The translations under genes were made by a program, and so were the position numbers. This document shows, one piece after another, positions 53,038 through 64,000 of a DNA stretch of 64,000 nucleotides (the stretch's first letter is position 1; each line of letters starts with the position of its first letter). The stretch comes from Naegleria gruberi (taxonomy: Eukaryota), in NCBI GenBank assembly GCA_000004985.1, contig GG738896.1; one strand, given 5' to 3'. Under the pieces are notes generated by a model. The model was not told the origin of the DNA, searched no databases, and saw nothing but the letters and a program-made list of their open reading frames with translations.

Positions 53038-56000
53038 TTATTCAACCTTAGATGATTGCTCTGATTGTTCTAGAGAGAGGGATCTGAAAATAGGGAAGAA
53101 GGAAGTAACATCATCATTGTCTTCACATCGATCGTAAATGTATTGTTCTGTACCTGTGAATTCAGTCACTGATTTTTGGTAGAGGTAAATTAAAAAGTAG
53201 ACATAATTCCACAAGTAGTGTTCCTCCTTGACATGCTTTTCAAAGGTGATACCTTCATTGGCTCTTGTATCGAATTTAGTTCGTTCCAATCCACAAATAA
53301 AACACTTATCTCGAATGTCCTTCTTTCTGTCTTCTCTTTCATTTCTCAGTACTTCAAACGAATCGAGAATGACACCAAACACAACGTTAACAAGTAACAC
53401 AATAACTATCACTAAAAAGGAAAGGTCAAGTATGGCTCTCTGAACTGAAACATTTGGATCATAAATATCCTCCCAAAAAGATTCTCCTCTAAAGCCATAA
53501 TCCAACATGGTCACATAGCAAGCTAACATATCTTCACATGTCTTGTCGCCTGTCTTGGAGATTTTAAAATCTGAAGAAAAGAAGGTAAAATAGAGTGTAC
53601 CAAAGAAGAATAAGGCAATACACAACAACATTCCTGTAAAGAACAAACGTTTCACATTCGAAGTAACTGATTTCAACACATCGGTCAATGACTTGAAGAT
53701 GTAAACCATTTCAAAAAGCTGTATCGAGTAAATAATTGGAGTTATCAACAATCCAATCACAGAGACTACAATGTAAATAATAAAATACCAAATTTGAGAA
53801 TCTTGTATGGTATATAAAAAGCATTTGGTCATAAAATCAAAATCTCTTGGAATTGAGTCCCACGTTTCGTTTTTCTTTAGCTTGAATCGTTTCTTCACTT
53901 CCAACGTCAAGAAGAGTGATACATAAATGACAAATAGAATTACCAGGAAAATCAATTGTGTCACACCAACAATAATAAGAATTATATCACTTGCAAGATT
54001 TCTAGGTGCTGTAGTTTTGGTGAGAGCATATACATCAAAGTCACTGCCAGGTAAAGGTATTTGAGAATACTCTGTTGTTGCATAAATTCTCTTAAATGTT
54101 CCCAAAACAATAATATTAATAATAACAGAGAGGAAGAATGAAGACAATCTCAAGTAATCCCACCAATTGGCAATATATTCCCATGATGCTGTTTTAACCT
54201 CTTGTTTCTTCTTTTTCTTTCGTTTTGCTAGCAAATTGCTGGTTGTGGCAACGAGAGACATTGAAGGCAAAAGATTTTCCATTTCCTCCTCTGGTTCCTC
54301 TTCTTCTTTCTTGTTGAGATTCGGAATAGTAAAAGTCTTTTTCATATTTTCATAGTGACACATTTCCACATAGAATGTACTGAATGTGTCATTGTACAAT
54401 TTCCTAACTTTTTCTTGTGGAGTCATTACGTGCAACGAATTGGCATAGTTGCTTCTTGCCTTATCGATAATATTGTTACATATTGTTGGTTTGGGAAAGT
54501 AGATCTTTTCAAGTACGTTATTTCTCAATACTTCAATGCTACCAGTTCTTTGTTTGAAATAAGAGAGCTCCTTTGAATTGGTTTGGAAAAAGTTGGCTAC
54601 TCTTGATTCCTCTTCCAAAGCTTGAGTACCCTTTCTGAATTCAGTCTCACTGTCCCTGATCATGGAGAGAAGGAAAAAGATGTGAGTTCCCAAGTCATCG
54701 TATTGCAATCTAATCTTCTCGAGATTGTCCTCCATATAGTCGTCGACACGGATTGGCTTCTTTGAACTCTTCTCAGATTGATACAAAACATGGAATCCAA
54801 AGTCTTTACGCATTCTCTTTTTGAGTCTTTCAAGATCATCACAATCATCATGGTTATTACCCGATAGAGTTTCGAACAATCTCAAAATGTACAATAATTT
54901 TTGTTCAAAATCATCCAAATTCAAAGAATTTTTCATGAATTCTAATGTGACTGTGTTTCTTCCTTCCAATAGAGATATTAAGAAGAGTGTAATTTCCTTC
55001 TTGAGGTCAAGCTCTTGTTCCTTCAACAACTTGCTGTCATCGTAGGTCTTACTCATGATTTCATTGATAAGTCTTGGATAAATCTTATTGGATGTACCAA
55101 TTAAATTTTGGTTAAAGACAGCAGGTCCTTGGACAAATTCGGTCAGGGTCTTAAAACCTTGGATGGCTACTTGAACATTGTCTGCATCCAATTTCTTTTC
55201 CAAAGCAATCAAATATTCAATAATTTCCGTAATTAAATCAAAGCTGAAAATATTTCTTGGTTGATGTTTCAATAGGGCTTGATTTTTGGTATTATGGCCT
55301 TCACACAATAATCTCAAAAATTCCATAGTGTTAAAAATGAATCCCTTTTCTACAAATTCCACACCAACTTCATCTTCTTCGTTATCATGGTCAGCATTGA
55401 GGTTAGTTGTAGACTTTTTCTGGTTAGCTAGTGCCAACTCCTTGTCTCTCTTTTTCTTCAAGTGATTCTTCATTTGTTTGATTTCAATCTTTGAGAGACG
55501 GATTCTGTCTCTAAGAGACATGAAAAATTCGGTAGAGTCTTGATCTGTAAGAAGCGAATAAATATGATTCTGAACGTCAAGATCTCCGTCATTCAATATT
55601 AAAATACCAAGCTCCAAAGCTGATTTTGCAATTTGATGGTGGTTAGAGTTGAGGAATTCAATAACTACCTCAGGAATTTTCTTTTCCACCAAATCTAATT
55701 TAAGAGTTGATTCTTCGGTTTGTTGGTTTTGCCTTTCAACAATACTCTTCAAAATATCCATACCAAAGAGTCCTACCTTCATGTTCTGAAGAAGTAAACC
55801 AGAACTATTCAAGTCACGTAATACATTGACGAGTGTTTTGATAAATCCATCATATTTGATAAATATGGCAGCAAGCTCTGAAAAGTTGGAAAAGTTTCTA
55901 TTAATCTTGGAAATTATTCTGTCTTTCAAGTACTTTTTGTATGTGTTGTGGATAAGTTCGTCCTTCTCGGTACTGGTTGATGTTTGTATTCTTGATCTAT

Positions 56001-59000
56001 GTACCTTGGCTTTAGTGGCCTTATTTGAAATGAAATTAGAAATTGCTTTCTGACTAGTTGAAGACATACTTCTCTTCAACATGGCCTGAATACATTTGAG
56101 AACTTTATCCCTATTCTCTGGATTTGGTGTATGTTTGTGAAGTTCTATGAGTTTTATCAACAAATCTTCTGCAATATCCAACTGTTCTTTTGTCAGATTT
56201 GGAGGTGGGAAGTGGAGATGGAAATAATCTCTCACACAAGGAATCATAATATCAAACAAATAGGTATTATCAACTTGATAGGTTTCTTGATCTTCCTCAC
56301 TAGGTCCAACGACTTTTGGAAGTGCTACAGAGTATGTTTTCGAAGATCGTTTGGAAGCAGTTGTTGACAATCCACGGTTTTTGGTTGGAGTAGCAAACAG
56401 TGAAGTGTTTGAGAGGGTTTTGCTTGGTGTTGTTGGGGTTCGAGTATGGGCATGCATAATACTTTGTCTTTCACCTTTTTGTGTGGATAAAATCAAGTCG
56501 TTACCATCTGATTCATTTGAATAGGTCATTTCTAACACTTCCAATTCAGTAACCATTTTAGAGAATAACTTGAAAAGCATTGGATGATGAACATTTACCA
56601 TCTTGCTCTCAGATTCTGTAGAGTCATCTGATGCCTTTTCAACATTCAAGTAAATTTCATCAATAACTTTAACCAATGGATTTCTCAATACAGGTAGAGT
56701 ACAACAAATAACTTGTTCTAAAAGTTCTTCATAGCTGTAGAGGGTTTGTAATTTAAGCTCACTCTCTCTGTTTTTACCATCAGCAAGAGAGGCCAACAAG
56801 TATAAAAGGGCAATGTGATAATTTAAAATACCATCTGGTTCAGTTTTGTGTTCACCTTTGATAATTCTTTGATTACGTTCTCTGAGACCTTCTTCGTCTT
56901 TGAAAAGAATCATAATGTCCTTCTTTCTTTCGAGCAGATATTTGGTAATGAGTGATTGGTTTCGTTTGATTGGATTGCCATTATTTGTTCCCAGAATGAC
57001 ATGCAAGAACAACAACATGAAAGAGCAAGGTTGCTCAGCAATTTGGTCAATGTAGTGTTCGATTAATTTTTCTTCAATAGTACTGCACAGACCTCTATTG
57101 TCTCTTACCATTTCACAAAGGAGAATGACAATCTTCTTATCTAGACTTCTATTCTCACCAATAGTGTGAATAAAGAATTCCAATTGTTTGAACATAATCT
57201 TTTGATTGTCTTGATTTCCTCTAACAAAAGCAATTAAAATATCAATACCAATCTCTTCAATTTCCTTGCTCACAATATAATCCTTCTTGAGGAATGTGAG
57301 AATAATATCATAAATGAAGAGATTTCTCACTATTCTTTGTGATCTTTGACCATTCTTCTTGATATCTGATAGGATTTCATTGAGAGCTTTTAGGACTTTT
57401 TTCTCTTCCTGTTCTGTGAGTCTTCTAGTACCAAAATAATTGCTTTGACCATAACCAAAAACAGATCGCAACTCAACTACCTGTGAAAGTAGCAAATCGT
57501 AGGATTTAGCCATTTCTCTCGAAACGATAAGTTCAATCTTTGGAAGAACTTCACATAATTCTTGAGCAGATCTGTACTTTCTAATTAGTAAATCAAGGCA
57601 GGTTGTAGCGAGTTCCTTATTTTCATATTTGGTCAGCGAAAGAATTTTAACATCGAATCGATCCATCTTGTTGAAAATAACATCCTTTTCGAGAATATCT
57701 TTGATTACAGCATATTCATTAGAGTCAATTTCGGCAAGTCTTTTCTGTTGTAAAGCTCTATTGTCCATTGGTATCACCTCTTGTTCTCTAAGTACAGTCT
57801 CAATCTCTTCCTCTCTGTATTTCTTCCAAAAGAATTGCAAGAATTTTGTCACTCTCTTGTCTAAAATAATGTCTAGAATCATGTGGAAGATGGAAGCAAT
57901 TTCAATTTTGATCTTCATGAGGGTTAAATTTTCTTCTACGTTTTTGTGTCTTTCTTCCTCACTAAGAATTCTACCATCCTTCTTGTCATTATCTCCTCTG
58001 AGCATATCAAAGAGAGAATTCAACAAATCACCCTCCTCAAAGTCTATCAATGTAAGAACTCCAAATTCCAACATTCTCTTACACATAATTACAACGTATA
58101 ATGTAAAGTTGTTGTGATCCTTCTTTTCTAAAGACACATCCAAGCTAACATTCTCTCTAAGGAATTTCCCTAAAAAATCTTTGATTTCTGCCAAATCCTT
58201 TGAGTTGCCGTCTTCTTTTGATCTTTGATTGAGAGTACTGGTTTTTCTGGTGTAGTCAATCAGTGGTTTCTTTTCTCTCTTCTCCGTATCAATGAAAGTT
58301 TGGATCAAAAGCTTTACAAATGATGTTCTGACGGCTGGTGTTAAATTCTTATCAGAGACACATTTGTGGACAACTTCGTAGGTGAACAGAGAAACAACAG
58401 ATCTTCTCGCATCCTCAATTTCTTCATTTCTTCCTGTACAGAGGGCAGCAAAAAGACGAATTTCCTCTTGGAAGAAGATGAGTTGTTCATAATTTGGTCT
58501 TGTGTATCCATTGTATGTATCATCTGTTGCAGACTGAGAGAAACTAATCAAGTCTATTTCATCATGATTGACTTCTACCACAACCTTGTCTTCATTGTTA
58601 AGCTTTGGAATGATAAAAACTCTTCTCAATTGGTCCTTATATTTTGAAAAAAGCAAATTACCAATATATACCTGATTTTTCACCACAGTTTTACCTTCAC
58701 AAATGATCAAGCTAGTCAAAAAGGATAAATAGACAGCCTTCTTCAAGCTCTTGGAACTTTGTCGCATACCAATCTTTGATGTGTTTTCAAAGAGAAGCTT
58801 GACGAAAAAGTCAATTTGTGACTCGGTAATCTTGTTCAAAAGTGGATAATTGTTGGATAAGATTTCCAACAGAGCTTCACTTGCAGCAATGCTATGTTCA
58901 ATCAGAGTTTGGATAAAGTTGATATATTGTGCCATGTAGAGACCGTTAGATTCGTTTGAAAGGACAAACTGTCTAATGAGTCTGAAGGAGTACTGAACCA

Positions 59001-61385
59001 CATCAAAATAAAGTGCCTTCTCTGGCTTTTCATAAATTAAAGATAAATCCTCAATTGATAAATATTTCTTCAATAATAGAGTGATATTTTCCATTACAAG
59101 ACCAATGACTCCCATATCTCTGATGATATTTTGTCTAAGTTTAACAGGAATACCACCTCTTGTTAGAGGGTCTGTCTCTTCACTAATAGTACAAAATCTA
59201 ATGCAATTTGCCAATGCACCAATGTAGAGTTTGATATCTGACTTGTCAATGAGCGAGTCGTCCAACTTGGATTTGAAATACCTAATAATTGGCATGTAAC
59301 CAGCTACGGTGAGTGCATCATTCAAATCCTCATGTGAAACAGCTGAAAAATTGAAAACATCCTGTTCAAACATTTTCAAAGATGAAGTTACTCTCTGATA
59401 GGTTGAGTCAGCAAGTGGTCTAGATATGTGTACCCAAGAATTAGTGGCTTCATGCCTCAATCTAAAGTAATCGGTGGTTTGAACTTTCTCACCCTTCTTT
59501 TGTCCTCCAGTCGAGTCGGTGAAATGGAAGACACTGGTTGGTATTGGTTGTGTAATCAAGTCATCAAAGTTTTCAACATGAAGAGTCCACAATGAATCAT
59601 TTTGTGTTACGCTGCCTGATCTATTTCCTCGTGGAGTGGCTACAATTGAACTTTTTCTAGGTGCATTAACTCCAAGTTGGCTCAAGTTATCACCAGATGT
59701 TGGTGTGTTTTCTCGTTCATATCTTTCTTCAATGGCATCATCCGCTTCAATGGTTATTCCTTTAATAGGACGAATCACCATGTATTTTCCACTTGCCAAG
59801 TGTCTTAGACGGAATTTCGAAGTCCACTTTACAGTACCAGAACAGCTAGAGTCTAAAAATTCCAATTGCCACAAAGTTTGAGGACTCACATAGTCAGAAG
59901 ATTTAGATTCCATACCAGCCAAGCTTGTATCCTCAGAGTCGTTGATTTGTAGATTGCTTGATTTCTTGAAAAATTTAATTCTATCCGTTTTTTCATTCAC
60001 TCCAATATATCCTTCCAATTCCTTGTGGTATATTCTCATAATGGTGGATCCTGCTTTGAGTTTTCTATTTGTTTCATCATTTTGTGGTGTGTATTTTTGG
60101 TAGAGTTTCATTCTCCACCTAGTGAATGCAGTACTATTCGCCATGTTAACTTCTCTTCTACTATCGTAGGAATATTTTCCTCTATTTCGTGATAATTTTA
60201 CAGCTTGTTGAGCTAATTCTGTGTATGAAGAATTTTCATTCACTCTTTGATAGGTACCATCATTGTCTTCTCCAGTTGTGTATCTATAATAGGATAAGTG
60301 AATAAATTGGTTGGACTTTTTGTTGTAAAGTCTAATTTGATCAGTGAGTTTAACTTGATCTCCATCCTTTTGAAAACTGGAATATGGCATTATTTGAAAG
60401 TATGAATAGGTAGATCCTTCTTTATCGAGGGCCAATCTCATACAATCCTTTTGCATTTCTGCAGATTCTCTTGCTACTGTCAGATAGCACTGTGTTTGTA
60501 CATGATACAATTGTACTGTTTGTCCATAGACAACTGGTTTTGAAAGGTTTCTTTGTGATTCCATCCTATTTTGTTCAAGTTCTCTTTCAGCTCGTTGTTC
60601 CAATTGTTGATATTCTGTTGAGAAGGAGGCTGTCGAAGGCATTACATTATTCTTGTTATCCTTTGTTTTTTTGTTGGCCTCTTTCAACTCTTGTTCTTCT
60701 TTGAAGGTTTTGAACTTTTTCAGTGCTGAATAACTCTTTGGATGACAAATCTTGAAAACACAATTAGAAAAGTTTGGTGTAAAGAAGGAAGAATCCTTTT
60801 CTGAAATGACAGATTCCACCAGACCACATCTAGCTTGTGGTTTGTTTCTAAAATATTGATGAAATAATAAAAGTAGTATTTAACAGAGAATAAAGAAGGT
60901 GAATAATTAGTTGAATATTTAAACAATATTTACCCTTTAACATTCTCGGAACAAGTCAAATTAATACCATCCACACTCAAGAACCCAATCATTGAATTAC
61001 CAGTACTTTTTGATGACAAATCCGTATAGAAGGAAATTTCCTCTCCAATTCTCAAATAATCTCCCTTCTTTTTCATCATCATATTATTCATCCACAATTG
61101 TTGCTCATCCTCCTTCACATCACTCATCACATCTTCATCCTCATCATACAAATGATGATCAAAGCCTTGTTGTTGCTGTGCAGAAGAGGATGATGATGAC
61201 GAATATTCGGAATGTTGTTCATGATGATGATTTGATGTGGCGCCATTATTTTTAACGGCAGAAGTGGCGCTTACCGATACGATGAGTTGTTCTTGTTGTT
61301 GATGAAATAAGAGTGCATAGTCAAAGAGGTGTTGTGATGATGGTTCGGAAGAGTTGCTATTGTTATGATTATTGGATAGTGTCAT
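53038..61385 (-). CDS. Inositol 1,4,5-trisphosphate receptor (IP3R/RyR superfamily) homolog, 2 exons (61385..60934, 60847..53038), about 2750 aa
   Basis: The exon-1 tail LRIGEEISFYTDLSSKSTGNSMIGFLSVDG is like the IP3R N-terminus SFLHIGDIVSLY...GFISTLG. The minus-strand GTAAAT donor at 60933 and AG acceptor at 60849-60848 (86-nt intron) continue into NKPQARCGLVESV...FSNCVFKICHPKSYSALKKF (like [20 protein letters not shown]). A six-TM C-terminal channel region follows. The signature tail is CFICGLERTKFD...FEKHVKEEHYLWNYVYFLIYL (IP3R: CFICGLERDKFD...EEHNMWHYLCFIVLV). Confidence 0.85.
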
Positions 61386-61568
61386 GTTGTGAAAAGTCTT
61401 CCAAAACTATTTCACTTATTTTTTTTTGTTAAATGTTGACAGATGAAGGATTGTCAGCTTATCAATATTTCAAGACGTGTGTTATACAATTTAATTGATA
61501 AATATTTCCTCAATCAATACAACTATTAGCCATTGTTAATCCTAATGTTGTATTATCTGAATTATTTA

Positions 61569-61584
61569 AATTTTGGCGCCAACT
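61569..61584. promoter_or_regulatory. E2F-like palindrome AATTTTGGCGCCAACT in the divergent promoter between the IP3R gene (minus) and the 61744 gene (plus)
   Basis: TTTTGGCGCCAA lies 190 bp upstream of the IP3R ATG (minus) and 160 bp upstream of the ATG at 61744 (plus). Confidence 0.4.
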
Positions 61585-61743
61585 AGTTGAAAAAAAAGAA
61601 CAAACATCTCATCAAGGTTTTGCTTTTGATTTACAGTTTTTTTGTATTCCTTCCGATCACTGACTCACCCTGGCTACAACTTCTGTAATATTGTTATTCT
61701 TGCTACAGTAATACTCCTCCTTTTTGTAAATATATTAAAAAGA

Positions 61744-62616
61744 ATGAAATTAACAATTCGATCCGATAAACCAATTGTAAATTTGTATAATAATTTCCCA
61801 AAAGATTTAAGGGAACATTTGGAAAAGTGGGATTTAGGTACTGAGAGTACTTTCTATGAATCGTTCTATGTGGATTTGGATATGAATCAACATGATGAAG
61901 CATTAGTAAATACCGAATCTAAGGAACTGCTCCTCAAAAGGGCCCTTGCAAATTCTGATCAAATCAAGGAACTGGCTAATGAGTACTTGAATAGATTGAA
62001 AGAGAGATTTATTTGCTGTGGAGCTCTGCATCAATTAGATACTGTTCAAGATGTGTCACCTATGAACATCAAGTTGGCAGACATGACGTTAATTCAGAGA
62101 GAATTTCTAACCAATGAGTCGTTGTTATACTTGAAATCTCTCAACACCAGAAAATGCTTAGACGAACAAATTGACTCTGAAATGTATGTCTCTGATGAGT
62201 ACAGAAAGGCTATGGCATACATGTTGTGGGCTGAAGGATGTACCTATTACAATGAAGATACTTTCATTGAGAATTGTAACTTCCAACAGTACGGACTAGT
62301 GGAGGACTCTTGGACTAATATTTGTGCTCGAGAGCTACTGTTGCATATACATGCAAGATTGGTTATAGGAGGAAAATTTGGCCAGTATGAAGATAATTTG
62401 ATGCCATATTTTAATAATACCAAGTTACTATATAAGAACATTGTCTCCGTGCAGAAAGTGAGCAGTGTTGATTCAAATCAAAGTAGTCAAGGTTTTTCCA
62501 TTGCATCCAAAGCGTACAAATGCCCAGTCACCAACGATCTGGTGGATAAGAGTTACTTCCTCCTAATTGTTCATCCAATAGATAAGAAGGTTACAATCAT
62601 GTTGCATGCAGAGTGA
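61744..62616 (+). CDS. Hypothetical protein (about 290 aa)
   Basis: The ORF-track start at 61642 is TTG. The first ATG at 61744 gives MKLTIRSDKPIVNLY.... No recognisable domain. Confidence 0.45.
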   Translation: MKLTIRSDKPIVNLYNNFPKDLREHLEKWDLGTESTFYESFYVDLDMNQHDEALVNTESKELLLKRALANSDQIKELANEYLNRLKERFICCGALHQLDTVQDVSPMNIKLADMTLIQREFLTNESLLYLKSLNTRKCLDEQIDSEMYVSDEYRKAMAYMLWAEGCTYYNEDTFIENCNFQQYGLVEDSWTNICARELLLHIHARLVIGGKFGQYEDNLMPYFNNTKLLYKNIVSVQKVSSVDSNQSSQGFSIASKAYKCPVTNDLVDKSYFLLIVHPIDKKVTIMLHAE

Positions 62617-62910
62617 ACACAACATAAATTCTTTTGATTTTCCAACATGACATTTTTGCTAAAATATTGCCTTGCCTCTTTTGTAAGAAATCCAAGAATG
62701 GCACTATCGAAGGATTTTGCTGACATGAAGAAGGTCGAATAAAGATGCAGCTTGCCACACCAACAACGCGGCATTCACTGACACCAAAGTGATTAATCAA
62801 TCGAATAATTCAATTGTCAAACTGGCACAATTAAAACAAATACCAAAACACTGCTGACTCTCCTTTTTCACAACAAGAAGAGATAACGTATTGGCCTCTC
62901 GATTATTATA

Positions 62911-63864
62911 ATGAATGAAACTAGACATGTATCTTCCTCCACACCAAGAAAATTAAATACCTACTCCTCTTCTTCTTCAACAAGTCCTTCACAGCAACAA
63001 CAATCAGAATGTTCAACATCATCCTCTACATCGGTTGAAGGAACAACCATACCAGCTGCCACATCAAACTTTGGAAGCACGAGAATAACAATTGTAAGTG
63101 ACAATATTTGGTTCACACATGTGATAAAAATCCTGGTTCCTCACTATTTAATCATCTACATGTTACATTTCAATATTTCGTAATTATCGATAGACTAAAG
63201 AGGATATGGTAAGTAATTGTTTTATTGAATGATCTCATGAATTTTATGATGATGCATTTCAGAGTCGTTACTTTAATGCACCACAAGTCATGGCTGCTCG
63301 ATTATTGAATGTCAGTGTGTCAACTCTCAAGAGAAGATTTTATGAAATGTATGAAGGGAGGTGGCCCTATCAAAAAGTAAGTTTTTCTGAATGCATGCAT
63401 TTGCAACTTCAATACATCATTACATCTACAATACATGTCAAAATGTCATCATCTGTCTTGACATTTTGAAATACATAACATTCGTGGATCTACATCATCT
63501 TTGTTCCATCTCTTTCTAGATGCCAACACAAGAAAGAAAGAAAACCATCTGGTATTACATTAACGAGGAAGATGAACCTGAAAAGAACATTTCAGATCAT
63601 AGTTTAAGAGTGTTAAATTTAGCATTTACAGACCCAACTCAGCCCAAAGTCATTTTCTTTCCTGAGGAAGCTAAAGTGGATAAACCTCGTAAAAAGGATA
63701 TCACATTCCTGAGCTATGTTCCACAAAGTGGATCAGGTGAAGGAAATTTGGAAAATGTAACCAAAGACTTGGGTAAATTAAAAGGAGGTTCTCGTCAAAA
63801 GTACTCTCTTGTTGGTGTTACTGGTGTTAAAAAAACTAGAAAGATGACTTCTAAAAAAAAGTGA
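62911..63864 (+). CDS. RWP-RK domain transcription factor, 3-4 exons (62911..63093, [63194..63208], 63263..63376, 63520..63864)
   Basis: The Ser-rich N-terminus ends at a GTAAGT donor at 63094. A possible 15-nt micro-exon ACTAAAGAGGATATG (TKEDM) has perfect AG/GTAAGT flanks. Exon 3 encodes SRYFNAPQVMAARLLNVSVSTLKRRFYEMYEGRWPYQK, a good match to the RWP-RK consensus (..yF..P...AA..LgvS.T.LKR.CR..GI.RWPyRK). A 143-nt intron leads to a basic C-terminal exon. Confidence 0.65.
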
Positions 63865-64000
63865 ATTTACTGTTGACATGCTCTCCAGAAAAATAGGGCA
63901 GAAAATACCAAAAGATATAGGATGCAAAAAGCTATCAGACTGTACTTTTTTGGAGATTTCATTCCTGTTATCATAAGTGTTATCAATTAATTGGAAAAGA

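Noticed and set aside
1-64000. Possibility that the window is prokaryotic or organellar
   Set aside because: It has nuclear-type tRNAs (CCA not encoded, eukaryotic consensus), numerous GT-AG introns that restore conserved protein motifs, signal peptides, and eukaryote-specific families (syntaxin, IP3R, PAQR, F-box, Kelch).

Overview
This window is AT-rich (about 30-35% GC) nuclear DNA from a eukaryote, not a prokaryote. Genes are densely packed on both strands, roughly one per 1.3 kb. They carry very short spliceosomal introns, mostly 40-60 nt and occasionally 100-200 nt, with GTAAGT or GTATGT donors and AG acceptors. Seven dispersed tRNA genes are present: Pro-TGG, Lys-CTT, Ala-AGC and four copies of Gly-TCC. 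The ORF track frequently starts ORFs at TTG or GTG, so the true ATG starts and exon joins were worked out by eye. I resolved about 35 protein-coding genes. Recognisable products include a PGAP1-like GPI inositol deacylase, a DH-type RhoGEF-like protein, a syntaxin-5-like SNARE, a calponin-homology (transgelin-like) protein, a ZNF706-like zinc finger, a P-loop polynucleotide-kinase-like protein and a TauE/SafE permease. Others are a receptor-like TKL kinase, an NHL-repeat protein, a PAQR/adiponectin-receptor-like protein, an Rnl2-type RNA ligase, an NmrA-like reductase, an RCC1-repeat protein, an LRR protein, a 2.7k-aa IP3-receptor homolog and an RWP-RK transcription factor. Three paralogous chimeric genes fuse an F-box (one also with Kelch repeats) to a Ras-superfamily GTPase domain: one Rho with a CAAX box, one Ras-like and one Rab-like. 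A large protein begins with a near-perfect histone H3 N-terminal tail. The receptor kinase contains a 6-nt micro-exon. Several genes look bacterial in origin: a secreted SH3b plus C39-like peptidase, a GyrI-like protein and an SBP_bac_3-like protein. A secreted 450-aa polylysine/alanine protein is also present. Each tRNA-Gly copy sits in a conserved roughly 200-bp unit. One inverted pair of these units brackets an F-box-GTPase gene, and a 283-bp direct repeat brackets an intronless LRR gene. A GC palindrome, TTTGGCGCCAAA (E2F-like), recurs at four promoters. No CRISPR array, rRNA or intact transposon was seen. The lineage is not determined; features fit a protist or early-diverging fungus-like eukaryote.
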